A program made the translations under genes and the position numbers. From Deltaproteobacteria bacterium (GTDB lineage: Bacteria > Myxococcota_A > Polyangia > Polyangiales > Houyiibacteriaceae), in contig JAFDAJ010000010.1 in NCBI GenBank assembly GCA_019313915.1, forward strand, positions 20,167-84,166: 64,000 bases of DNA. The letters are read 5' to 3'. Positions 37,089 to 46,798 of this stretch are shown one piece after another (within the stretch, counting starts at the first letter, position 1; each line of letters begins with the position of its first letter). The notes under the pieces were generated by a model, which made no database searches, was not told the DNA's origin, and worked only from the letters and a program-made list of their open reading frames with translations.

Positions 37089-38465
37089 ATGCACCGGATT
37101 TTCATGGGTACAGCAATAGGGGTGCTGGTCGCCGCCGCAACCCTCGTCCAAGGGGGGCACGCGGTTGCCGAGCAAAGCACGGCTGCCCTCTCCAACCTGC
37201 AGGTGAGCCGCACCACGCTCGACAACGGCCTTCGCATCGTCATCAACCAAGACCAGACCGTCCCTACGGTCGCGGTGTCGGTCTACTATGACGTGGGATC
37301 GCGCAACGAGGTCAAGGGGCGCTCGGGCTTCGCACATCTGTTCGAGCACATGATGTTTCAGGGCTCGGCCAACGTGGGCAAAGGCGAGCACTTCAGTCTC
37401 ATCATCAACCGTGGTGGCAGCGCGAACGGAACCACGAGCAACGACCGTACGAACTACTTCGAAACCCTGCCGGCGAACGAGCTTGCGCTCGGGCTGTGGC
37501 TCGAAGCCGACCGGATGCGGTCGCTCGCGATCACGCAGGAGAACTTCGAGAACCAGCGGATGACGGTCATGGAAGAGCGCCGCCAGCGGATCGACAACCA
37601 ACCGTACATCCCGAGCATGCTGCGCATCAATGAGCTCGCCTACGGCGACTACTGGCCGTACGCCCATTCGACCATCGGTGACATGCAGGACTTGATCGAC
37701 GCGCCCCTCGAAGCCGTCCAAGCGTTCTTCGACACGCACTACGCGCCCAACAACGCGGTGCTGAGCATCAGCGGCGACTTCGACACCGCCGAGGCCATAC
37801 AATTGGCGCGGAAGTACTTCGGCGATATCCCGGCCCGCCAAACGCCAGCCTACGCCGAGCCCGCGCCGCCCGAACAGACCGAGGAACGCACCGAGACGAT
37901 GTACGATGCGAACGCCACGCTCCCTGCGTTCCACCTCGGGTACCACATCCCGCCGAGCCGCACGCCCGAGCACTATGCCCTGGAAATACTCGCGATGGTG
38001 CTGGGCGACGGCGAGTCGAGCCGCCTCTATCAAACACTCGTCAAGCAGAAGGAGATCTGCCAGGACATCGCTGTCGGCACCGATGACCGGCGCGGGCCCG
38101 ATCTCTTCTCCGTGTGGGCGGTGATGGCAAGCGGCCACGCTCCCAAGAAAGCGCAGGCAGTCATCCTCGCCGAGATCGAGTCAATCGCCAACGACGGCGT
38201 GACGGCTCGCGAGCTCCAAAAGGCCAAGAACCGAATCCACGCGGCGTTCGTGTTTGGGCTCCAGTCCAACATGGCGCGTTCACAGCGCCTCGCGGAGTAC
38301 GAGCTTTACTGGGGCGACGCGAACCTGCTCAAGCTAGAGCTCGATCATTACCTCGCGGTTTCGATCGAGGACATCAGGCGCGCGGCAGGCACCTACTTCA
38401 ATGCGACCAATCGCACCGTGCTGGAAGTCTTGCCAGGCGCGGCGCCGGCTTCGGAGGAGAAATGA
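37089..38465 (+). CDS. M16 family zinc peptidase (pitrilysin-like, catalytic subunit)
   Basis: Inverted zinc motif HxxEH (GFAHLFEHMMFQGS) and a signal peptide starting at ATG 37089 (MHRIFMGTAIGVLVAAATLV). Confidence 0.85.
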   Translation: MHRIFMGTAIGVLVAAATLVQGGHAVAEQSTAALSNLQVSRTTLDNGLRIVINQDQTVPTVAVSVYYDVGSRNEVKGRSGFAHLFEHMMFQGSANVGKGEHFSLIINRGGSANGTTSNDRTNYFETLPANELALGLWLEADRMRSLAITQENFENQRMTVMEERRQRIDNQPYIPSMLRINELAYGDYWPYAHSTIGDMQDLIDAPLEAVQAFFDTHYAPNNAVLSISGDFDTAEAIQLARKYFGDIPARQTPAYAEPAPPEQTEERTETMYDANATLPAFHLGYHIPPSRTPEHYALEILAMVLGDGESSRLYQTLVKQKEICQDIAVGTDDRRGPDLFSVWAVMASGHAPKKAQAVILAEIESIANDGVTARELQKAKNRIHAAFVFGLQSNMARSQRLAEYELYWGDANLLKLELDHYLAVSIEDIRRAAGTYFNATNRTVLEVLPGAAPASEEK

Positions 38466-40015
38466 AGATGTGGCTTCGATTCCGCTTGGTCGCGCTGCTC
38501 GCCGTGAGCCTGTGCGCGGCGTTAGCTCTGGGCGCATGCGGCGGTTCCAAAGGGAGCGCGGGCGCAGAGTCCGAAACAGCGAAGGACGCCCAAGAGAAAG
38601 CGCAGCGTGAGCTTCCGCCTTTGCCCAGTGAGGCGAAGGACATGTCGCTTCCACCAGTGCAGGTGTCGACCCTCGATAACGGCCTGCAGCTCAATACCAT
38701 CGCCACCGATCAACTCCCGGTCGTCTACGCGACGCTCGTCATCCGCAGCGGCGGCGAATCCGATCCGCCAAAGCTCCCCGGCCTGACCGGCTTGGTCGCT
38801 CAAATGCTCAAGGAGGGCACGACGAAGCGGTCGAGCGCAGAGATCGCCGAGGAGATCGAGTTCCTCGGCGCTGATCTCTGGGCTAGCTCGGATGAAGAGA
38901 ACACCTACATCGGCGTTCGCGCGCTTGCCGAGCACTTCGACGTCGTCATGGCCATCCTCGCCGAGGTCGCGGGCACGCCTGCGTTCAGCAACAAAGAGCT
39001 CGAGAAGCTCAAGCGGCGCGAGCTCGATCGTTTGGCGCTCTCGGAGCGGGAGCCCCGGTATATCGCTCGGCGTACCTTCTATCGCCAGCTGTACGGCCAG
39101 CATCCCTACGGGACGGTCGATACCACTCCGCGGGCGGTGAAGAGGGTCCGTCGGCAAGACTTGGTGCGGTGGCACCGCGAGCACTTCGTCGCCAAGAACG
39201 CGTTCCTGGTCGTCGCCGGCGATGTCGACCCCGACCGAGTGGCCGAGACAGCACAAAAGGCACTCGGATCCTGGAACGCCGGCAAGCGCTCCGCTCCGAC
39301 CTACAGAGAGCCACCCAGGCCCACCAACCGCAACATCCTGGTCGTCGATCGCCCGGGGTCGGTGCAGTCGGTCATCTACATAGGCAACCTGGCCATCGCG
39401 CGCGCCAACCGCGAGTGGATCCCTCTCATGGTCTCGAACCAGGTGCTCGGAGGCTCGGCGGCGTCCCGGCTCTTCATGGACCTCCGTGAGCGGCGGAGCC
39501 TGACGTACGGCGCGTACAGCTCCATTGGCGAGCGCGTCGATATAGGCCCGTTCGTGGCCTATGCCTCGGTCCGGACCGAGGTCACCAACGAAGCGATCGG
39601 CGCCTTCTTCGAGCACCTCGAACGCATTCACCTCGAGCAGGCCGAGCCAGAGGAACTGGTCAACGCGAAGCGCTACTTGAGCGATTCCTTCCCACTCAAG
39701 GTCGACACCCCAGGCAAGCTCTCCGAGCTCGTAGTCGAGCTCCGGACCTTCGGTCTGCCCGACGACTACTGGGACCGGTACCGCCAAGCGATCCGAAAAA
39801 CCAGCGCATCCGAGGCGCAGTACGTCGCGCGTAACTACATCCGGCCGGACGAGTCCTTGGTTGTAATCGTCGGGCAAGCGGCGGATTTCGCGCAGTCGCT
39901 TCAGCAGTTCGGGCCGGTGACCGTGGTCTCCCCGGATGGCGAGGTCAAAGCTGAGTTCGACGACAAGCGACCAAATGTTGGCGCTACTGGTGCGAAGCGC
40001 GGTCCCATCGATTAG
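38462..40015 (+). CDS. M16 family peptidase-like lipoprotein (no HxxEH; likely non-catalytic partner)
   Basis: Its start overlaps the upstream stop (ATGA). It has the lipobox LALGAC. M16 fold blocks are present, but the zinc motif is replaced (GLTGLVAQMLKEGT). Confidence 0.8.
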   Translation: MKMWLRFRLVALLAVSLCAALALGACGGSKGSAGAESETAKDAQEKAQRELPPLPSEAKDMSLPPVQVSTLDNGLQLNTIATDQLPVVYATLVIRSGGESDPPKLPGLTGLVAQMLKEGTTKRSSAEIAEEIEFLGADLWASSDEENTYIGVRALAEHFDVVMAILAEVAGTPAFSNKELEKLKRRELDRLALSEREPRYIARRTFYRQLYGQHPYGTVDTTPRAVKRVRRQDLVRWHREHFVAKNAFLVVAGDVDPDRVAETAQKALGSWNAGKRSAPTYREPPRPTNRNILVVDRPGSVQSVIYIGNLAIARANREWIPLMVSNQVLGGSAASRLFMDLRERRSLTYGAYSSIGERVDIGPFVAYASVRTEVTNEAIGAFFEHLERIHLEQAEPEELVNAKRYLSDSFPLKVDTPGKLSELVVELRTFGLPDDYWDRYRQAIRKTSASEAQYVARNYIRPDESLVVIVGQAADFAQSLQQFGPVTVVSPDGEVKAEFDDKRPNVGATGAKRGPID

Positions 40016-40024
40016 AGTCAAAAC

Positions 40025-41857
40025 ATGTGCGGAATCGTCGGTCACGTAGGTGCCGAAGAGGCGACGCCTATCCTGCTCGACGGGCTTCGGCGTCTAGAAT
40101 ATCGGGGTTATGATTCTGCGGGACTCGCCGTCCACGCGGACGACGGCATCCAGATCGTCCGTGCGGTCGGTAAGCTCCGCAACCTCGAGAAGGCGCTCGC
40201 CCAAAAAGGCCTCCCCGGCACGGTTGGGATCGGGCACACCCGGTGGGCTACCCATGGCCGCCCTTCGGAAGTCAACGCGCACCCGCACGTCGCTGGCCCC
40301 ATCGCGGTCGTACACAACGGCATCATCGAAAATCACTTGGAGCTGCGCAGCGAGCTAGAGGCGGGCGGCTTCACGATGTCGAGCGACACCGACACCGAAA
40401 TTATCGCCCATTTGATTCACCGTGAAATCCAAGCGGGGCACGACCTGGTGACTGCGATTCGCCGGTCGCTCGAACATGTGGAAGGCGCCTACGCAATCGC
40501 GGTCCTCTCCGAGAAAGAGCCTGACCGCCTCGTGGTAGCGAAGAACGCATCCCCTCTCGTGATCGGTGTCTCCAATGGCGCAACGTACTGTGCGAGCGAC
40601 ATTCCGGCGCTGCTTCCGTACACCAACCGGATGGTGTTTCTCGAAGACGGCGAGATCGCCGTGCTCGAAGCCGAGGGCTTCACGCTTACAAAGCTCGACG
40701 GCACTCCCCTGAGCCGGCGCCCGCGGAACATATCCTGGTCGCCAGTCATGGCCGAGAAGGCCGGCTACAAACACTTCATGCTGAAGGAGATCTTCGAGCA
40801 GCCGCGCGCGCTCGAAGACACCCTGCGCGGCCGTCTCGACCGCGAGAGCGCCGACATCATGACGCCCGAGATCGGCCTGAGCGAAGACGATGCCAAAGGC
40901 ATCAACCGCGTGATCCTTCTGGCCTGCGGAACCAGCCATCACGCGACCATCGCGGGACGGTACTGGCTCGAAGAGCTTGCAAAGATGCCAACGATCGCGG
41001 AGCTAGCAAGCGAGTTTCGCGGTCGCGACGCTGTCGTCGGTGAAGGCGACCTGGTGATCGCCGTGAGTCAGTCCGGCGAGACGATCGACACCCTCATGGC
41101 CGCCAAAGAGGCCAAGGAACGCGGCGCCAAGGTCCTCGCGATCGCCAACGTCAATGGTAGCGCGATCCCGCGCATGGCTGATGCAAGCTTCTACACGCAC
41201 GCTGGGCCGGAAATCGGCGTCGCCTCGACCAAGTGTTTCATGACTCAGCTTGCCAACCTGTTGATGTTCAGCATCTGGCTCGGGCGGAGGCGTGGAACGA
41301 TCGACGACGCGCAGGCCACCGAGCTGATCGAGGGGCTGGCGCGGATCCCACATGTGATCGCGGAGCGGCTACGAGAGACGCACTTGATGGTCACCGACAT
41401 CGTGCGTGATTTCTCCGAAGCTCGAGATGTGCTCTTCCTCGGCCGCGGTCTGAGCTTCCCGATGGCGCTCGAAGGCGCTCTCAAGCTCAAGGAGATTTCC
41501 TACGTCCACGCCGAAGGCTACGCCGCAGGCGAGATGAAGCACGGGCCCATCGCGTTACTCGATGCACACGTACCGGTCGTGGTGCTCATGCCCAAAGACC
41601 GACACTACGATCGCGTGTCGAGCAACATGCAAGAGGCGCGGGCTCGCGAAGCGAAGATCATTGGCGTGACGACCGTTGGCGACACGCAGGCGCAGGCCCT
41701 CTGCGATCGTTTCGTCGAGGTCGCCGCAACGCACGAGGCGCTCACCCCGTTCGTCACGGTCGTGCCCCTGCAGCTTTACGCGTACTGCGTGGCGGATCAC
41801 AAGGGCACCGATGTCGACCAACCGCGCAACCTCGCCAAGACCGTCACCGTGGAGTAA
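40025..41857 (+). CDS. glmS: glutamine--fructose-6-phosphate aminotransferase
   Basis: MCGIVG Ntn-Cys start, two SIS domains and the C-terminal ...LAKTVTVE. 610 aa. Confidence 0.97.
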   Translation: MCGIVGHVGAEEATPILLDGLRRLEYRGYDSAGLAVHADDGIQIVRAVGKLRNLEKALAQKGLPGTVGIGHTRWATHGRPSEVNAHPHVAGPIAVVHNGIIENHLELRSELEAGGFTMSSDTDTEIIAHLIHREIQAGHDLVTAIRRSLEHVEGAYAIAVLSEKEPDRLVVAKNASPLVIGVSNGATYCASDIPALLPYTNRMVFLEDGEIAVLEAEGFTLTKLDGTPLSRRPRNISWSPVMAEKAGYKHFMLKEIFEQPRALEDTLRGRLDRESADIMTPEIGLSEDDAKGINRVILLACGTSHHATIAGRYWLEELAKMPTIAELASEFRGRDAVVGEGDLVIAVSQSGETIDTLMAAKEAKERGAKVLAIANVNGSAIPRMADASFYTHAGPEIGVASTKCFMTQLANLLMFSIWLGRRRGTIDDAQATELIEGLARIPHVIAERLRETHLMVTDIVRDFSEARDVLFLGRGLSFPMALEGALKLKEISYVHAEGYAAGEMKHGPIALLDAHVPVVVLMPKDRHYDRVSSNMQEARAREAKIIGVTTVGDTQAQALCDRFVEVAATHEALTPFVTVVPLQLYAYCVADHKGTDVDQPRNLAKTVTVE

Positions 41858-41869
41858 GGCGCGCCGGTC

Positions 41870-42964
41870 ATGAAGATCGGCCTCCTCACAACTGGCTTTC
41901 CGCGCTTCGAGGGTGACTGCACCGGTGTGTTCCTCCTGACCATGGCGCGCAGGCTGGTCGAACACGGTCATACAGTTCGGGTCTTGGCCCCCGAGCCGCG
42001 GCGCCCTGGCCCGGTCCCCCAGTGGCCTGGAATCGAAGTCAGCTGGGTACCGTACGCTCGACCGCGTGCTTGGCAACAGACGTTCTATGGCAGCGGCGCA
42101 CCGGACAACGTGCGGTTGCAGCCGGCAAGGTGGGCGGGGGCCGCGAGCTTTTCTGTTGCGCTCTCCCGCGCTTCTGGGCAACAACTCACCGACTGTGATG
42201 CGTTGGTCAGCTCGTGGTGCATTCCGAGTGGCTGGGTCGGCTCCCAGACGGCGGCGGGCCGCCCGCATCTTTGCATTTGCCACGCAACGGACATCCGTTG
42301 GCTCTCCAAGATGCCAGGGGGTGGGGCAATCGCTCGGGGGATCGCCGCAGGCGCCACGTCGATGTGGTTCTTGAGCGAGGCGCTCCGCGATGTCTTTTTC
42401 GAAACGGCGAGTCTCGACCAGTCGCTCGTAACCGCCCATGTCGGCCCCATGCCCGTCGAGCTACCGATCCCGCTGCCCGAGAGTCGCGCAGAGCTGCGTC
42501 GCCGTCTCGGCATCGAAGGCTTCACCCTGCTCTGTTTGGGACGCCTCGTACCTGTCAAAGGTATCGACCAGCTCCTGCACGCGGTCGCGGCATTGCCCGA
42601 GCCGATCAGCGTTCGCGTCGCCGGGGACGGTCCGGAACGCCGCAAGCTTCAGTTCCTCGCGCAACAGCTCGCGGTCAACGCGACCTTCGAGGGCTGGGTC
42701 ACCGGTGAGCGAAAAGAAGCGCTTCTGCGCGCCTGCGACGCCATCGTGGTCCCGTCCCGCCCGCAAGACGGCCTCCCGACGGTGCTCTTCGAAGCGAGGG
42801 CACGCGCCCTCCCCATCATCGCCACCGAAGCGGGCGCAATTGCCGAACACACGCGGGATCACGCCGACGCGCTACTCGTCCCCCCGAACGACCGGGCGGC
42901 CCTCAGCCAAGCGATCCGGCAACTTCGCGCCGAACACGCGGCCGGGCAGACGCTCAGGGTGTGA
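41870..42964 (+). CDS. glycosyltransferase family 4 (GT-B)
   Basis: MKIGLLTTGFP..GHTVRVLAP at the N-terminus. The C-terminal half is glycosyl-transferase-1 type (GDGPERRKL.., VVPSRPQDGLPTVLFEARA). Confidence 0.8.
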   Translation: MKIGLLTTGFPRFEGDCTGVFLLTMARRLVEHGHTVRVLAPEPRRPGPVPQWPGIEVSWVPYARPRAWQQTFYGSGAPDNVRLQPARWAGAASFSVALSRASGQQLTDCDALVSSWCIPSGWVGSQTAAGRPHLCICHATDIRWLSKMPGGGAIARGIAAGATSMWFLSEALRDVFFETASLDQSLVTAHVGPMPVELPIPLPESRAELRRRLGIEGFTLLCLGRLVPVKGIDQLLHAVAALPEPISVRVAGDGPERRKLQFLAQQLAVNATFEGWVTGERKEALLRACDAIVVPSRPQDGLPTVLFEARARALPIIATEAGAIAEHTRDHADALLVPPNDRAALSQAIRQLRAEHAAGQTLRV

Positions 42965-43655
42965 CCCTGTCGGTCCCCTTCGGCGGGCGGTAGCTGAAGC
43001 GCCTGTCGGGCACGTCCCGGTTGAACTTGATTTTGGAGAAGTCGAAGCGGTTACGGTTGCCAGCCGAATCGATGATCAGGACGCGTTGGACGACGCCCGC
43101 GCGCTTGCCGCCGTGAGTCAGTGTGCGCACGTAGAAGACCAGCTGCTCATAGTTGGGGGTGGGCCGGCGCGGGATGAGCTGCAGGACGTATCCGTCTTTG
43201 AACTTCTCGTTGCCGTGCTCGAGGAGCCGGACTTCGAAGTCCTTGTCGAGCTTCCCGCTGCCGATCAGGAACGAAAACGCGGATGGGAGCTGATCCTCGT
43301 CGACAGCACGCTCGATGAGCTGCCCCCTCTTTTCGCCTTCCTCGGGCGGCTGGTAGATCAACAGCTTCTTGCCGTCGCTGACAAACACCTGCCCGTTGGG
43401 CTGGGCGTAGTCCCAACGCATCATGCCGGGCTTCTTGAACACGACCTTGCCTTTGGCGCGATCGTAACGATCGTAGAGCCGGGTGTAGCGAGTCTGCTCA
43501 AACTCGGCCTGAAGCGTCTTGGTTTGGTCGTAGAACGACTGCACCAGGCCGAGAACCACAGCCGGATCGAGTGGCTCGCCCTCCTGAGCCACGCCCCTGC
43601 CGCCAAGCGCAAGCAGTGCAAAACCCAAACCTATCGCCCCAACTCTCCAGCTCAT
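42954..43655 (-). CDS. lolA: outer-membrane lipoprotein carrier LolA-like protein
   Basis: LQAEFEQTRYT..GKVVFKKPGMMRWDY..FVSDGKKLLIYQP is the typical LolA pattern, with a signal peptide from ATG 43655. Its 3' end overlaps the glycosyltransferase gene by 11 nt. Confidence 0.8.
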   Translation of the reverse strand: MSWRVGAIGLGFALLALGGRGVAQEGEPLDPAVVLGLVQSFYDQTKTLQAEFEQTRYTRLYDRYDRAKGKVVFKKPGMMRWDYAQPNGQVFVSDGKKLLIYQPPEEGEKRGQLIERAVDEDQLPSAFSFLIGSGKLDKDFEVRLLEHGNEKFKDGYVLQLIPRRPTPNYEQLVFYVRTLTHGGKRAGVVQRVLIIDSAGNRNRFDFSKIKFNRDVPDRRFSYRPPKGTDRVTP

Positions 43656-43844
43656 CAACGTCTTGAACGCTCCCAAGGGCTTAGTATTCACGGCGAAGGT
43701 CGGTACACAAGGCAACCACAATTTCGCTGAAAGTGGGATTGATCATTAGCGCTCAGATCCTTAGGATAGAGATAGGTGGAGGCTTTGCAGTCTCCCTGAT
43801 TAGCTTGGCTAACTTGTGAACCCCGTCAGGAACCCGGAGGTGAC

Positions 43845-44039
43845 ATGTCCAAGCACCACGCTCGAATCATCCCAGTAGAACGACAGAAGTCGCATCTCGA
43901 AAAGAAGCATGCTCAGCTCGCAGAGCGCATCAACGCACTCGATGGCCGGTTGAGTCTCACTCCGAGCGAGGAGCTGGAGCTCCAGCAACTCAAGAAACAG
44001 AAGCTTTGGGCCAAGGATGCCCTACAGGACGTCGGTTAG
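43845..44039 (+). CDS. DUF465 (YdcH-like) small protein
   Basis: 64 aa with a coiled-coil pattern LEKKHAQLAERINALD..EELELQQLKKQKLWAKD, typical of the DUF465 family. GGAGG lies 6 nt upstream. Confidence 0.7.
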   Translation: MSKHHARIIPVERQKSHLEKKHAQLAERINALDGRLSLTPSEELELQQLKKQKLWAKDALQDVG

Positions 44040-44064
44040 AGAGCCTCGACGACCCTATGCGTGC

Positions 44065-44096
44065 GGCCTGCCCCCTCGGGGTGGGCCGTTCTTTTT
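44065..44096 (+). terminator. intrinsic terminator after the DUF465 gene
   Basis: A 10-bp stem GGCCTGCCCC/GGGGTGGGCC (two G.U pairs, valid only on the + strand) followed by GTTCTTTTT. Confidence 0.65.
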
Positions 44097-44495
44097 ATAG
44101 GGATTTCACGATTAAAAGCAAAATGGGCCACCAATCGGTGACCCATTTCAAACTCAAGAATCGATGCTACAGTGAAAAAGCTAGAGCAAGTAAGTTAAGA
44201 CGACCCATCGCCACGCGGATGCCGGGCAAGCTGGAAAGTGCGCGACGAGGGTCTTAAGCAAGCGACTGGGTACACTGCAATCGCGATGCCAACTCCGGAG
44301 CAGCTGAAAAACCAGGGCTTTTCTTCGCGACCGAGGCTATCGGTAGGACATTTCTGTCATAGACGCGCACCCGATTGTCGTGGTTGGCGCAACACGGGGC
44401 GGCAAACGGCGATAGGCACACATCTCCCTACTGCGCCGGTTGAAGTACCTGGTCCATCGTGCGTATGATCTGAGCAACCGGACAGGCCGGACTCG

Positions 44496-45743
44496 ATGCC
44501 CAAGTGCAATAGTTGCAACGGTAGTGTGCTGAGAACGGATGCTTTCTGCGGCACGTGTGGTGAGCCGGTCCCCGGCGGGAAGCCCGTGGTGCCCATTGCA
44601 CGCGAGTCGAAACTGAGTGGCGTACAGACCGCGCACGACCGCATGAGTGGGACGTTCCTACCATCGAGCGGCACGGGGACGTCGGCGCGAGCAATGGCAG
44701 CGGTTGCGCTCTCCGACCCCGAGCTGACGGAGCCCCCGGATACCGGCCTCAACCGCACCGCGATTCGCGAGCGGGAACCACGAAGCGAACCCGCGCCAGT
44801 CTTGCCGCTTCGTCGAAAGAAGAACGGAACGGCGAGCGAGCGTAAGGAAGACCCTGCGGCGGCCGACCAGGAACGGCAGGAGCCTCGGGCATCCGCCCCG
44901 GATCGGGACACGAGCCTGCCGCACGTCCCCATTCCGCCGGGGCCACCGATCCTTGCCTCGGACCTGCTGCGCGAACAAATGCGTCCGTCGACTCCCGGTG
45001 AAAAAGCGCTACGCCGCGCGACGGTGGTGCTGACCGTTGCCGGTGCAACCGGTGTGCTGCTCGCAGGCGGCTTACATCGGTTGACACTTGTGGCCTTGGC
45101 GCTGTTGATCGCGACGGTGACGCTGGCTTTGACGCCAATGTCGTACGGCGGCCGCGCGATTGCGCTGTTCTTGGTTGGCTCGATCGCAACGGGGGTCGGG
45201 CTCTGGCAGCAAACGCTGCAGGGTGTTGCCCCTGAAGGGATCATCCTCGCGGGGGCGACCATCCTCCTCAGCGGGAGCTTGCTTTTCCGAGCTTACTATC
45301 GGGGTGCTCGCCTTGCCCGAGTCGTGGTGACGCTGGGTGTCCTGGCCTTGGGGGCCTGGTTTTTCCTCTCAGGAGGCCATGAGAGCCTCGTCACGCTCGA
45401 AGGCGATTGGCAGTCCTGGGGGCCCGCAAGCACGCACATGACGTTCGGCCTGCTCGCCCTGCTCTCGCTGATGGCGTTCATGGACAGCAGCACCCGTGGC
45501 GGCTCCCACGTCTGGGCCGTGGCGCTACTGGTCCTGTATGGGGTGCACCTAGGCCTCCTCGTCGCAAGCGAGGTCTGGCCGGTTCCGGGCGTAGAGGTGA
45601 CCATCCAGGGGCCGACGATCGCCGCGATCCTTGCGGGCGTCGTCGGAACGATCGTCGCGGGGATGGCACTCGCGCAAGTTCTCGTGGTCGCGTACCAGGC
45701 GAGCTCCAACCGAGTCAAAGAGCGCGTCTCCGTGGCGCCCTGA
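44496..45743 (+). CDS. zinc-ribbon domain membrane protein, hypothetical
   Basis: N-terminal CxxC..CxxC (CNSCNG..FCGTCGE), a disordered Pro/Arg/Glu linker, then about 8 predicted TM helices. Confidence 0.6.
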   Translation: MPKCNSCNGSVLRTDAFCGTCGEPVPGGKPVVPIARESKLSGVQTAHDRMSGTFLPSSGTGTSARAMAAVALSDPELTEPPDTGLNRTAIREREPRSEPAPVLPLRRKKNGTASERKEDPAAADQERQEPRASAPDRDTSLPHVPIPPGPPILASDLLREQMRPSTPGEKALRRATVVLTVAGATGVLLAGGLHRLTLVALALLIATVTLALTPMSYGGRAIALFLVGSIATGVGLWQQTLQGVAPEGIILAGATILLSGSLLFRAYYRGARLARVVVTLGVLALGAWFFLSGGHESLVTLEGDWQSWGPASTHMTFGLLALLSLMAFMDSSTRGGSHVWAVALLVLYGVHLGLLVASEVWPVPGVEVTIQGPTIAAILAGVVGTIVAGMALAQVLVVAYQASSNRVKERVSVAP

Positions 45744-45745
45744 GC

Positions 45746-46798
45746 TCAGGGCACCTTGCGCGGCCACGACGCCAACAGGATGACCGCGCACGTGCGGCCC
45801 TTTCCGTCTTTGGCCTTGCCGTAGCCGGCGTCGGTGAACCGCGGGTCGGTGACCGTCAGTCGATGGCTCGGGCTGTCCTCGATCGCATGGAGCGCGTCCC
45901 GCATCGTTGCCGCACGCGCGACGGCCTCACCGATGACGCGCGCTTCGATGCCGCGTTTGAGCAGTCGAGCTTCAGGGTCGCCGGCCGCGTCGAGATCGTG
46001 GCCGAACTTCCCCGAGTCACACACCGTTTGTGCGTGGTTCGTCGCCTCTCGGCTCAACAAGCGATTCGATCGCAACGAACGCGCTCCGGCTGCACGGCGG
46101 AGCTGCATCAGCCACGCCTCCGGCGACTGTGATCCACCGCGAATGGGTTCGGCTTGCGGAATCTTGCCGACCCAGCGCTCCGCGACCGGACGCGGCCCGC
46201 TCGGCCCCGTCGCAACCAGCTGCACGAAAAGCGGACGGTCCCACTCGAGCGGGAGCGAAATCGTCGCCCCGTAGTCGCCTCCGTCCACCGAGATGCGTCG
46301 CGAGGAGCCTTTGGCGTCGCGCACCACCAGGTAAGGATCGCGGAAATCTTGGATGACCTCGGCGTGGAGGCGATTCTTGCCAACGAGCTCGAGTGTGCCG
46401 GCCCGGACAGCGGCGACGAGAACGATGCGCTCTCCGGATCGGGCGCGCCCACAGATCAGAGGCGCGTCCGCGGCCTCTTTGAGATCTTCCAGCCACATCT
46501 TGAAGCTGTCGAACTCCCCGGTGACACCAAACTTCGCATAGACCGGATTCGCATCGACCCCTGCCTCACGAGCGGTGCGAATCAGCTCCGGGGATGGCGG
46601 AATGTGCTGAAGGTCGGCCAAGTGCCTCGCTACGCCCTCGAGCTTCTCGCTCTTGATGCACAGACGTTCGGGCTTCGCCGGCTTGGCAGCTGGTTCACCC
46701 TCGGCGGGACTGTTGTTGTCGTCGGCGCCAGCCGTCGCGTGAATCGCGAAGAGCATGGCACAAAGAAGAATCGTTTTGCGCAGCATCGTTTGAATCAC
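45746..46798 (-). CDS. secreted CAP (SCP/PR-1-like) domain protein
   Basis: Signal peptide, plus a C-terminal CAP domain (FGHDLD.., SPSHRLTVTDPRFTDAGYG). Its GTG start overlaps the argJ stop (GTGA). Confidence 0.7.
   Translation of the reverse strand: MIQTMLRKTILLCAMLFAIHATAGADDNNSPAEGEPAAKPAKPERLCIKSEKLEGVARHLADLQHIPPSPELIRTAREAGVDANPVYAKFGVTGEFDSFKMWLEDLKEAADAPLICGRARSGERIVLVAAVRAGTLELVGKNRLHAEVIQDFRDPYLVVRDAKGSSRRISVDGGDYGATISLPLEWDRPLFVQLVATGPSGPRPVAERWVGKIPQAEPIRGGSQSPEAWLMQLRRAAGARSLRSNRLLSREATNHAQTVCDSGKFGHDLDAAGDPEARLLKRGIEARVIGEAVARAATMRDALHAIEDSPSHRLTVTDPRFTDAGYGKAKDGKGRTCAVILLASWPRKVP

Noticed and set aside
38522-40045. Very long antisense ORFs: 507 aa here, plus 55603-57498 (631 aa), 48517-50295 (592 aa), 59285-60658 (457 aa), 37011-38138, 61224-62312, 42438-43730, 8679-9452 and 34400-35239.
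   Set aside because: Each lies opposite a gene with unmistakable full-length homology (M16 peptidase, argS, secA, gpmI, P450, lolA, proS, recA). Their translations are Arg/Gly/Pro/Asp-rich low-complexity sequence without motifs. Stop-poor antisense frames are expected in GC-rich DNA.
44123-44468. Small ORFs in the 44-kb gap: a 44-codon ORF from ATG 44123 and the 76-aa track ORF at 44238-44468.
   Set aside because: They use A/T-ending and rare codons unlike all confident genes here, have no Shine-Dalgarno sequence and show no recognisable motif. The first overlaps a strong hairpin.
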